Positions 25,899-37,851 of a stretch of DNA of 64,000 bases are shown piece after piece. The position numbers were made by a program, and so were the translations under genes. Location of the stretch: assembly GCA_051362555.1 (NCBI GenBank), contig CM120649.1, positions 10,850,001 to 10,914,000 of the forward strand, given 5' to 3'. This DNA is from Lingula anatina (Eukaryota; Animalia; Brachiopoda). The notes beneath the pieces were generated by a model that made no database searches, was not told the origin of the DNA, and saw nothing but the letters and a program-made list of their open reading frames with translations. Within the stretch, counting starts at the first letter, position 1. The number at the start of each line of letters is the position of its first letter.

Positions 25899-26596
25899 AT
25901 TCCCTGCAAGTGTGATGTGAAATGTTACCGATGATATTTATTCCATGAATACCGGTATAATCTATATCGGGATATAGGCCTATTTGTTAAATACTAATGG
26001 GTGCACAAGAAATTCCATTGTTACAAACGATTGCAAACTTTATGCTTTTTTAATTGATAAAACCATTAAAATGCAATAAAATACGCATTCTGAAGGATTT
26101 TATGCCATTTCTGTTTATGATTATAGACTATAGATAAATGGAAGAATCATTTACATCTATTTGAATTGTTATATTCAATGTGCACAGATCTTATACTAGT
26201 AATGTTGTATGAAAAGTTGAGGGCCTTCAAACGTGACAAAAATGACAACCTACGAATTCCACGGTAACTAATTATAAACTGAGAATAACATACCAGTAAA
26301 CATGTCAGACATCGACCTGACGTCATAACCTAACTCACAGGTGCAGCAGATGTATACTGTTACTCTCATTTCAACTAGTCTCGATTTCTGGGAAATACGA
26401 TGGAACAGATTTCAGGCTATTTGAAATGTGAGGTTGTTTACGGTGTTGAATTTATGTTTTTTCTAAGTGACAACTTGACAAGTTCACAACTTCTTTTAGT
26501 TGATTCGTAGGAACTTTGATTTATTAGAATTTTTTTCTCGTACTTCCAATAAAGTAGGCTAGTTAGCAAGCCCTTAAATATCAGCATGAATTACTT

Positions 26597-27487
26597 ATTA
26601 TTTACCCACGATTGTGTGGCAAGGGAAGATAACGCATTTCTAATGAAGTTATAATGAAGTTCGCCGATTAGTCGGTCTGATCAAGAAGTTGAAAAGAGAC
26701 AACTTCTTGGTCTGATACATAACAATGTTGAGACTTCGTATAGGCAGTCGGAGACAACTCAATAAATTGGGGTACAGACCATGACTTGATACCGAATGTG
26801 AGCAAAACAAAAGAAATGGTTGTAGACTATAGTAGACGTCAGACTGTAAAAAGTCCCATAGAGATTAACGACAAAACTGTCAAAAGGTCTGTGATTATAA
26901 ATTTCTGGGTATTGAACATTAGACTAACCTGGAGTAATAACACCACTTAAGTATTGAAAAGGCAAGGCGGTTAATGTACTTTTTAGGAAATTAAAATCTT
27001 TTACCAGGAATGTGTCTATTTTGACGAACTTTTATAGGTGTGTTTTAGAAAGTATTTTAACTTATGCAGTAACTGTTTGGTATGGGCGTGCAACTGTATA
27101 GAGGATTAAAACCAAGTGAAAAAGATTGTTGAAACGGCAGGTACGTAATTGGAATGGATCTTACCCCCATTCATTCCATTTATCTCGATAGTGAAAGTAA
27201 AACAGCTTCCATCATGACTAATACTACTCATCCAGCTCATACCCTATTCAAATTTTTACCCAGCAAATCGAGGCTTTTAGTTTTTAAGGGTAGAAAGCGA
27301 TTTTTATCTAGCTTTTATCCTTCAGCAGTAACTCTTCTTAACACCAATACGTAATTTCATTTCAGTACATTTAAATAGTTTGCTTCAACAATGGCGCTAT
27401 CACAGGGCCAAAAATTCCCAATTTTATACATTTGTATTTTATTGGTTTAATAAATTATTATCTATCTATTAAATAAATCATTATCTA
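26597..27487 (+). mobile_element. 5'-truncated, frameshifted LINE 3' end (Rex1/Babar-like RT C-terminus) upstream of copy 3
   Basis: Broken frames read KTKEMVVDY, KFLG, MYFL, LTNFYRCVLESILTYAVTVWYG, HPAHTLFKFLPS and RFLSSFYPSAVTLLN. It ends with AATAAA and an (ATCT) tail. Absent in units 1 and 2. Confidence 0.85.
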
Positions 27488-27636
27488 AACAGCATGCACC
27501 AGCATTCATCCTCTACCAGGGCCACGGAGATTATTTGTTCACTCGCTATTTCTCTACTGTTCGACCAGAATCTTTGATATATTAATGACATCTTCACTCA
27601 GGTGACCTCTTGGCTGTTGTTTTAATTTTAGTCTTT

Positions 27637-27764
27637 TTCTAGGAAACATGGGCAGTTAGAATTTTCGCGGAGCCTCAAGAAAGAAATCGTGATGCACCTT
27701 GATTATAGAATCAGATAGTATAATCGGAAACTGTTCAAACAGTCACGACACAAATGCTATATAA
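27637..27764 (+). promoter_or_regulatory. Proximal promoter of copy 3: TTCN3GAA motif and TATA box
   Basis: TTCTAGGAA at 27637-27645; TATATAA at 27758-27764; donor after 27851. Confidence 0.6.
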
Positions 27765-28670
27765 GAGAGATAGGTTTGCTGGTTGTCCATCACTATTGTT
27801 CAACGATAGAGATTCCCACCTGCAGATACTAGCGCCGGACGTTCCTTGAAGGTGAGAGATTTTCTTCGTGTTCGTATCGTGATACTTTTATCGGTCGTTT
27901 AAAACTTTACACTTGTAGTTGTTCATATATACATGGGTTTGTATGCACTCTAAAATTAATACGTAACACGTTTAGGCCGTCAGTGATTAAGACAAATTCG
28001 TCTCAGTTGTCGTCACAAATGTCACGTGACTTCACTTTCAGTAGCTGACTGAAGCGCCGATGAAATGTTTCTGAAGCCTTAGCGTTGAGTTTTTGTCGTT
28101 AGATTTAATTTTGATTACGTTGTCGACTGTTTTTCCTTTAATGTTCAACTATCAACTCATCCTTAGAAACTTATTCCAAACACTTCATCTCATCGCGTTT
28201 ACATGGTGATAGCATGCACTGTACGACTCTCACCGGTATAATGTGATCTAGAATAATGTTTTCCCGATTGGTGATAAAATGTTTTGACCGTGACATATCC
28301 GATTCGGATTGCATTTATTAATATCAAAGCTAGCTTTATCTTTTTTATGACAGTATTTTTTTATATTGTAAAGAATGTCCTTGTACGGCTTAAATGTAAT
28401 GTTTGTAGTGTCAAGTGTTATAAGTATCATAAGTACAGTGTATTTCCTGACCAAGATATTAAGAAAAATGTGTTCTGTTAATCCGTCTTCGAGTTCTAAA
28501 TCTTGGTTTTTACCTTTACTAGTGAAACGCAGGAGTCTCCCAGTCCACTATAACTTCGACTCGATAATACAAACAACAAAGCTCAAAATTTGGTGTAAAA
28601 AACTTTTTGTTGAATTTTATCGAGATTTTTCACTCCACCTTTCTCTCCACAGTTTACCATGCAGTTCACC

Positions 28671-29084
28671 ATGAGGCAGTTCCTTTTGACAGGACTCTTA
28701 CTGGCTGTTGTGGCCATGATGGTTCAGGAAGGAGACAGTTGGCCCAGGATTCGTATCAGACTTCCACGAGTTCGAAGGCAAAGAACTATTTTTGCTTATT
28801 TCTGAAGTCAAAGTAATTTCCATACATGGAAATTGTGGTTTAAAAAAAGAGTAAAGAAAAATATCAAAACAATACGTTTGGAAACAAAAACAAAAATACC
28901 AGCTTTCAAAGAGTTTAAGTTATTATGTGCACGTAGGCCCCTATTAAGTCAAAGTAATTTGAAATGAACAACTACGTTTTTATTTTCAGACTCGTGAGGG
29001 GTGTAGTCGACTTTTGCAAAAACCGCCCAGTTACTTGTTACAAAGTGGGGAAAGCGGCAGTAGCCGCCGCTGGTGACGTAAGTA

Positions 29085-29116
<32 letters not shown>

Positions 29117-30212
29117 CGGGAGAGGGAGGGAGGAGGAAAAGAGAGAGAGAGAGAGACAGAGAATTTAAACCGGAAAAGAGAAAAGAGGGTGCTATGAGAC
29201 AGGGAACGAGAATGAAAGAGAGAAAAGACAGTCATCAAGCGCAAGATACCATGATTTTCAAGAAAAATCAAATAATTTCAGGAAAATAAACTGCAGGTTA
29301 TGATGAATGATCAGGACGGGGACGGCAAGATGGCTCTGCATGAGATGGAAGATGAGGATCTGTTTGAGGAGCTCGATGCGAACGGTACGTTATAACGTAC
29401 AAAATACTACAAATGACAGAAATTAAAAGAAAAGGACGCCTTTTTCGTTGATGTATATACGGTAGTGTACATTGTAGTTTACAGAGTTATTCCACAATAT
29501 AATGAGTAAAGCGAATGACGTCAGTGAAGCAAACATTTTGGGCTACACAATGTGCATAACTGAGCTACATGTATATCACTTGGTGATTAGATTTTTCTTT
29601 CAATATTGGATACTACTGTCGTATAAAGCAGAGAAAAATAATGTAACGTGTAATAATCATGCATGTTTTACTCCAAAACTGTGGAGTGACTCGTTCACCT
29701 TGACGCCAGATGTCTTAAAAGTGATATACGAAACGCTACGTTGATGTCATGGATATATATGACATTTCCTTTCTTCTTCCTTATTTATTTTAGAGGACGG
29801 ATTCGTTGACCAAAAAGAGCTGGACAATCTCCAAGAACATATACATATGATAGCAGGTCAGCTCTCTCTCTCTCTCTCTCTCTCTCTCAAACACACACAC
29901 ACACACACACACACACGCCAGTCTACAGTCACGTGCAGACGCACGCACACACGTGGGTTGGCAATATTTGTTACAGAATATAGCCATCGTCCCCTATCTT
30001 GCCCATTTATTTAATTTATCAAGTCTTCCTTGCGCACTCACGAATGGTTAACTTAAGTGTACTACAGATTTTTTGTACCCATCCCCTTTTAAATCAGTCC
30101 TTCATTTCCAGCTTTGACCCAGGGTCAGTCCTCGGATAATAACCAGCTGGACGATGAGCTGAACGAGAAAGAACTCGCTGAACTTAAAGCTCTGCTCAGC
30201 AATCAGCCTTAA
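28671..30212 (+). CDS. Secreted cationic-peptide/EF-hand precursor, copy 3 (153 aa; 157 aa if the in-frame ATG at 28659 is used)
   Basis: Coding exons 28671-28777 (GC donor), 28990-29077, 29282-29384, 29794-29856, 30112-30212. Cationic segment WPRIRIRLPRVRRLVRGVVDFCKNRPVTCYKVGKAAVAAAG; EF loops DQDGDGKMALHE and DANEDGFVDQKE. Exon 1 donor after 27851; 3'UTR exon from 30750; AATAAA 30860-30865. Confidence 0.85.
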
Positions 30213-31578
30213 AAGGTAATATATTGTGGAGATATATTCTATGCACTTAAAATATGCATTTACATAACCAATAAGTAAGAATCTGTTAATGCAGTTCATG
30301 AATTATCTTAAATTAAGGATAAATACAATAGGTAGACCCGCTGTGATGAAGTTTTAAAAATAACAATGATAAATAACCAAAAATGCGTGATAGGAAACCT
30401 GAAAAATGTTCATGAGGGGGGGGGGGGGGGGGGGGGGGGAGGGGTCTACCAAAACAAAATGGTGGCAGCGGCCATGGCCATCGCACAAAACAAAATAATA
30501 CATACTCTGGGTCCATAAAACCATGTTACGTTATATTACATTTCATCATCCCCCCCCCCCCCCCTTCGCGACCTTCTTATACAGGCAATGTATTAACTTT
30601 CTGAGTGCACTTGATGTCGGGGTGGGGAGGGGGGGGCGGGAAGGGGAGGGTTTAAAAAGGGGTATTTGTCTTCATCAATGCGTGTTTAATATTCATTTAA
30701 ATATCAAATTAGCATACATGTTTGTATAATCTCTCATGTTCTTTTTCAGATACACAGAGGAGATTCAAGTCTGTTATTTTATAAAATGAGATTTATTTAT
30801 CTCATTTGACTTCTTTGGATATTGAGATTGCTGTAAACCAGACGCATTCTGACATTGAAAATAAATCAAAATTTAATGATTTCATCTTTTGTTGTTCATA
30901 GAATATTGATGGATAAGAAAATAGAAGCACACGCGGTAAAATGACACGTATGGAGTCAGACAGGTGTAAATCATGATGTCGAGAGTTGATCTATGTAATA
31001 TCATTTCTCCAGATTTAAATAATAGGTGTAACAATAGAATGATAATGTGATTCTGTGCAGAATTTAGTTCACGATTAATTAATACCTAAATATTTATGTT
31101 GTATAGTAATGTCTTTGATGACCATTCGTCCACCTGATCGGTCTATAATTTTTGCCATATTTCAGTTTTAACACCGACTTCAATCTTATAAATCTGAGAT
31201 ACAACAAATGATCTCACTAATTTCCTCTGATATCCCGTGACCACTGTTGTACATGTATCTCTGTATATTAACGTCGCTATTCATACCCAAAATCCTCTAT
31301 TGAATCTGTGCCTTCACAATTACTATTGGAGATTTATATCACACCATTGATTTTTTTTTGCTTTACCTTATATTTCATAATTATTATATATTTCTTTTGT
31401 TCAATTCCAACGACAAATCGAATCAAATCAAATAAGAAATGCCTCTCCTGCGAGTACGAGTACCTGGTGGCTAAATGACGAGGTTAACGGTGCACTCGAT
31501 CTTCACGGATTATCTAGACAGTTCCACTGGCTGAAATACAGCTCGTTCATCTATATTTCCCTAAGGCCGTCTTCTCCC

Positions 31579-31648
<70 letters not shown>

Positions 31649-32134
31649 TTTGCCATCTCTCTGTCCTTCGTAAAAAATAATTCCCTGCATCTGTACCTTC
31701 TGCTTCAACTAATGCGAATCTAAATCTAAAGCACATGACGATAATGAAATTAAATTAAAAGAAATAAAATGACTCAAGTTCAAACATCAAGATTATCTTG
31801 AATAAACCTTGACATTTTCTTTAGTATACAAACCGATCGTGTGGCAAAACTTGCATGACTGACAATATGAAGAAATCCTACTGCATTTTTGTCCAAATCT
31901 TCACTTATCAACGTCTTATTGTGTTTTCGTCTCACTGAGGGGCTTCTCTAACACAAATATCAGATTGAGATTGAAGTTCCAGTCGTATTCTCTAACACAA
32001 TGGATTTGTTATATGGGAAATATTAAGCAATGTGGTGCGGAGTGTTGATATACAGTTATAGTTAATCAAAATTTTAGAAATATTTATAACGTGTGACTGG
32101 AGAGAAAGAGATCGGGGTTTATATAATGCTAAAC

Positions 32135-32392
32135 CAGGGCCGGATCCAGAATTATTTGAAGGGGGTCCGCCGATGCGAAGCTGACCCCCCTTGGCGCGGG
32201 GTTGGGGGCCTGCTGAAGGGCTCCGAAAAAATTTGGTATGTTAAAGGGCAAAAGGTGCCATTTGGTACGGTTTAGAACTATGATTCAACTATTCAGAATT
32301 CTAATTTCAAGAGGGGACAATTAGTGCGATTTTTTTCAGAAATCGAAGGGGGGGGGGGGGGGGGGGTCAGGATCCTCCTGAATCCGCCACTG
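32135..32392. mobile_element. MITE of the CAGGGGCGGATCCAG type with 6-bp TSD CTAAAC
   Basis: Termini CAGGGCCGGATCCAG and CTGAATCCGCCACTG; CTAAAC at 32129-32134 and 32393-32398. A single CTAAAC is at the empty paralogous sites (12182, 20119). Confidence 0.85.
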
Positions 32393-33100
32393 CTAAACTT
32401 ATTTGCCTATTTTTTTGTTTCATTTTGAAATTTTGCATTCAACTCTCTCAGAGTAAAGTTAAGAAATTAAAAAAAATTAAAATTCGGAAACCTCAGTCAA
32501 TGAACACATATGTCACTGAAAAATATTCATGAAAATAAGTTTCACATTTTTTGAGATCTTGTTTTGCTTAATTCTCCACTACACTTGTTCGCAACTGACT
32601 TAAAATGAAAGAAAAAATGCATGGTCTGTGAGATTAAATCGTTTATTGTTTTCTTCTCTGATAAGTGCGATACAGATGTCTTTTTTTCTCAGTACACGTA
32701 CGAACGGCGCTGTTAGTACTAGAAATATCGTGCCCATTTGCAAATATTCTTTATTTCAAAACACCGTCTTATCACGTGGTTAGAAAACGTTAACAAGTTG
32801 ACTCAATACTCAATAGTTATAGAAGAAAAACTACATTGTTCATATTTTAATATTATAATAAGATTGCTACACGCAGGACAAAAAGAAAAGTGTACAGAAA
32901 AGAAAAAAATTGACATGTAATAAATAATAATGCAACGATGGAGGCTACAGTACACTTAATGGCTTAATATTTAAGCTTATCTTCATTTAAATAAGTATCT
33001 ATGCCGCAGTGGTCGCTCGATGCGCTATTCCTTACGAAACGCTCAGTTTTACAAATTCCATGGTGCCCCAACCTTTCCACAACTAAACTACTTAGTCTTA

Positions 33101-33269
33101 CAGGCCCGTAGCTAGGGGGGGTTCGGGGGGTTCGAAAGAACCGCCCCTTTTGCTGGGAAAAGGTCCACTCTGGGTAAAATTTGATCTAGTTACATGAAGT
33201 TTTTTATGGGAAAAGGTCCACTTTTTCAGAAAAAGAACCCCCCTTTTGAAATTGCTGGCTACGGGCCTG
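33101..33269 (-). mobile_element. MITE, same family as 5690-5860
   Basis: Reverse-complement match to 5690-5860; termini CAGGCCCGTAGC and GCTACGGGCCTG. No clean TSD. Confidence 0.85.
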
Positions 33270-34822
33270 TGACTTAGCACACCTTTGAAGAAGGTCATCT
33301 TAGCTCTTAAATATTTCCAGCCAGAATACAGTATGCACTATACATAATTCAATCTGTCTTTGGCAATCACCCTTACTTCGTTTATATTGATATTAACAGC
33401 AGGGCTGATTTTTTAACCCACACAAGAGCCGATTTTTAAAAACAAATAGCCCTTAAAATAGCACGTAGCGGTATACATTTACATACGCAAATTATTTTCC
33501 TGTCTTCACCAAAGATTACTTTTGCAAATTAAAAATCGATCATGTGTATGGAAGTGTAATTTGGTATCGTGATATAATATACCCGTTGTGCATGCATTGC
33601 CTATATCAATAACTTACAATACTATGCTCCTGAAACACCAGCAAAACTCCACGGTTCTTACCCCTCCAATATATCAGTGTCTAGAACAAGACACCTTCAT
33701 CAGTGAATGAGGATGCAGGTGGAATTGTTGCCTATACCTTTTATCATTGGAACTTAGAGCACAAAACACAGCTGAGGAAATTCTGGAAATTTGCTGGATT
33801 GCACGTAGCATTCACACTCGTTTACACCCAACACTTAACTTTTAATTCGCTCCGAGGTTATGCATTTTTGATAATCCTTATTCAATTTTAAAGCTTTTTA
33901 GACACTCCAGTAAACAGTGAAATCGAGAATTCTCTTTCCTGTACCCAACAGCTACACATTTTTTATGACAAGGCATTCACAATGATGCTTAAACATAAAA
34001 GAAACGAGAGTGCACAGTTTACCAAACAAAATCCTATCTGAATGGGCCTACCGTGTATCTACCTGTTCAGTTACAAAGTGTCAATAATAAAAATGTCGTA
34101 TAACGTGGGGGTGGGGATGGGGGGATGCCGACCCGTGCCCCCGACATAACTTCTGATGCGTCCTGACTGCAGATAACAAGCAAAAAGAGGAAAATCCAAT
34201 AAAAATTTTCCATCCCATCTATTTGTCCAAAATATGTAGAATAGTACATGTACACATCTGCCGTTGTTTATTTATATTGTTAGTTCTTGTATCCCCTACC
34301 CCCATACACACTCCACGGCTCCTGAATCCGCCAGACAATTATTCACGTGAAAGCCCTGCGTTTCTTTCGTATCAACATGCCCCTTCTCTTTCTATTATAT
34401 CCAAAGCCTTATAAGATAGAGGGCTGTCTTTTATGCAGGAGCAGGAGGAGACACCATCATCTTCATTCGTTTTGACAGAAACGTAATAAAAATAGGGAAT
34501 GTATGTATGTGTTTGATTTTACAGAACATTTAACTACAGATAGCTCTTGAATTAAACGATTCTGAATTGTCTTTTTGCCTATGAACTAGACAGGTTTATC
34601 CGGGCCCGCAGACACTAAAATAAGCAACATGAAAACAGCTTGTTTATAAAAACAACTTTCTGAAATAAATAACTTACGCCTTCAAATAATCGTACCGGTA
34701 TTTTTGGAAAGAGATTCTTGGAATGATGAAAATGCCAGAGATAAAATATAATTCCGAACAATTTGAATATACTTTGCGATCTCTTTCTTTTTAAAAAATA
34801 AATGTTGGTGTATCTAATCTTC

Positions 34823-36508
34823 TTAATATTCCCCATTCACAACGAAATCCATGACGCAAGGTGCCCGACAAGCATTCAGCTTGTTCAGGTTAAAAGCGTG
34901 CAACTTCTGGAGAGCAAGTAAAACTGATGTGGCGCCCTCTTTACATTCTTCGCTGTCACGACAAGCCCGCTCCGCAGCCGCCAGGAATCCTTGATCACAG
35001 CTGTCACGTGACCCTCCAACGGCGGCACCCTACGGAAGAAAAAAACATAACACTCGTGACGGTATTTTTATTGGGAAAAATAACATTCTCTACTAGAGAC
35101 CAATTTGGTTGTGACGTGTGAATTTTTTCGTAAAACAATTCTTGTTGGCACTGTACAGAAATGTACACAGAATTAGCCAAAGCAATATCCGTGAATATCT
35201 CCTGACACCATTTTCTGGTGCCTGTAGGAGATAATAACATAAGCATATTTCCTTGTCTTAAACCTTCCAAATTTCTTTTTGTATGCCCCGAATTAATATT
35301 CCAATAACGTCCTTTTTTATCAGGCCTACGTGTATTTCAACTCAAATCTAACTTACTGATATTAATAAAACTCATTGTATATGCAAGTACGTAATGATTT
35401 ACTTGACCTGAGCCAGATCAAGAAAACGGCGATCTTTAAAACTTATCTCAGGATCAGGGTACTTTGAGTTTGACACTTTTAACTGAAAACATACTGATGG
35501 TCAAATGATAGCTTTTTCACAGTACTGGAGACCCCGAAGTAATTCGTTTTTTATATACTCATTTATTTAAGAACGAAGGTATAAAGTATAGTGGCAATTA
35601 CATGTACGTGTAGATGGTACCAACGATACCGGGAATAAATATTAAAAAATATATAAAAGAGAGACTAAAATATTTGACTATCCTCGACCAAGCCTCGTGC
35701 AAAACCACTGATAACCCCCAGTGCGTGTATTTATAGTAATACTTACACAGGCGTAGCAGACAAGATGTCTGTCGCACAGAGTGGCGGCCTCTAGGTCCAG
35801 TACAACACCGACCTCTTGGAGAATCTGGCAGCCATTTGCAATCTTCTCCACCAGCGGGCAGGTAGGTGCCAGGTCTGGAATGGACATACTCCGTCAGTTT
35901 AACAAGATTCGATGTCAAAGAGCTGGTAATCCCACTATATTTCATCAAACTCTACCCCTGCAATGGTGGATCTGGGATTTTACCGAGGGATTGGGATAAA
36001 ATAATACTGCCTCACTTCGTCGGCAATATGCATGCATAATGCAGTCGCTGAAGGCAAATTTCATTATAATATGTACAGGGATAAAAAAAATACTTTGTTT
36101 CGTCAAGTTTCTCTCCATACAATGTTATTGGGAGGGGTGCAGGAGAAGTGAAGGGAGGGACACGTGTGTAAGATTCGCTAGTGAAAGTTGGATATGATTT
36201 TCTAACCTGCATATATCGGACCGTCGGGTATATAGGCCGTGTTCATGTCCTCGTCATCATCAGCTGGCCTTGGCATTTGGAAGAGTTTTTCATCAATGTC
36301 ATTATAAGCATTTTCTGGCGAAGACTGTCTCTTGTCCTCCACGCCTCGGAGGTAACCCTCTTCACCTTATTGCGCAATAATAATAATAATAATAATAATT
36401 ATAATAATAAAATATAATAATGAAAAATAAACGTTTGGGGTGAACAAAAGCTTACCAGAATATACTGGTACGATAACATTATGTCGTACATAACGCGCGA
36501 GTGTGAAT

Positions 36509-36574
<66 letters not shown>

Positions 36575-37851
36575 GAGTGAGTAGGAAGCAGTGGAAAGCA
36601 GGCAAATGGCTGGAGAAAGAAAGTTCTCTTCTTAAGAAATCATTTTCACGGAACTCACTTACCAAGATCTTCCAAATTCGACTTTTTCTCTTCATCATTT
36701 TCGTCCTGGTGCTCCCCATCGGCATGTAGATCAACTCCTATCTGTTGCACCATGTTCCTCTCCAGGCGACCAATCAACGACTCGATTTCCATTGCTTTCT
36801 GTAGGTTGTCTGCCTCCTTGGGGACCAGGTCGTTTCCACCCTTTAACTGGCTCAATGTTGCCAAATCCAAGGCATCTGTTAGGTATTCGTTTTCTCTTTG
36901 AAGGAGGTTGGCCTTTAAGTCGGTTTGTTGATAAAGCTTTCTGAAGTCGAGGTCGTCCCCGTTTTTCGTTGATGCATCTCCTATGACGTCATCAGTGCCA
37001 CTGTTTTGGTTCCGACTGTTAAGTCCATCTGTGCCAGAACGCTTGCGTTTCTTGGTCATTTCCTCGTTACTGGGCACGTCCTCTTTGGTCTCTTTCTTGA
37101 CACTTTTTTTAATCCCAGCTGACCCAAATATGGAGTTTAGTTCTTCTTGATTGACTTTCTGAAGGGAGTCACCTCCGGAGGTTGACTTCTTGGCGGTGTT
37201 TCGCTTTACCTCCCTTGAAGCCTCCGCTCGTAGTTCGTCCAGCAGCGCCTGCATCTGTTGTGGGTTCATGTTCTTTAGGCGAGTTTTCGTGTCCGTTAAA
37301 GAGTTGGAATTTTTAAACTGTTTTGGGGAAGGTTGATATTTCTTCTTTAGGGATAACTTCAATGGTTGGGCCGATTCATGATCCTGATCCTGATCTTGGT
37401 ACTGGTCATTTACGGATTTGAAGAGGTCTTCGAGCTCCTCCCGTGTGACTGGTTCTTCTCGTGGCGCCCCCTGTTCCATCCCCACGAAATCATCGCTGTT
37501 TGTTGGAGACATAGCACCGTCGCCGTATGACGGGGATTCAAAGGGTGGGTATGGATCGAATTCTTCATCTCCGCCGTAGCTTTCGTCTCCCTGCCCTAGG
37601 CGGGACTCATCCAGAAGGTTCTGTAGAAGATATGGATCGGTACTTTCGTAACCTTCACCATCGTCAAACTCGTCGTATGGAACACCTTGGCTGGCAGCGT
37701 CGTAGTATTGACCCCCGTCCCCCAGTCGGCGGCTTTCCAAGGCTTCGAGGGCGTCCCTCATGGATTCCTGGTCGTCAAAGGGGTCACGCCGCCGGACAAC
37801 GTAAGCGTTCGATGTCACAAACACAAGCAGAAGGTAGGCCGTGGTCCTCAT
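34823..37851 (-). CDS. Secreted acidic granin/prohormone-like protein with a C-terminal conodipine-like (group IX-type) phospholipase A2 domain, probably catalytically inactive (560 aa)
   Basis: Exons 37851-36663, 36365-36207, 35874-35747, 35029-34823; all introns GT-AG, phases 1,1,0, total 1683 nt. Signal peptide MRTTAYLLLVFVTSNA; basic clusters RRR, RR, KKK, KR, KKRKR, KR. The C-terminal domain has 10 Cys: CPLVEKIANGCQILQEVGVVLDLEAATLCDRHLVCYACGAAVGGSRDSCDQGFLAAAERACRDSEECKEGATSVLLALQKLHAFNLNKLNACRAPCVMDFVVNGEY. It fits the recalled conodipine pattern N[GA]C...CDRHDxCYxCG...CDxxF...C...PC. An acceptor at 37894/37895 implies an upstream exon. Confidence 0.85.

Larger units (their letters stand above)
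5281..32747 (+). repeat. Tandem segmental triplication (units about 5281-12917, 13127-21097, 21098-32747), one gene copy per unit
   Basis: Colinear similarity across promoter, introns and 3' flank. Examples: ATTTATAAACAATGTT at 5281 and 21098; GAACGGCGCTGTTAGTACTAG near 12485, 20420 and 32702. Units differ by TE insertions and deletions. Confidence 0.9.
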
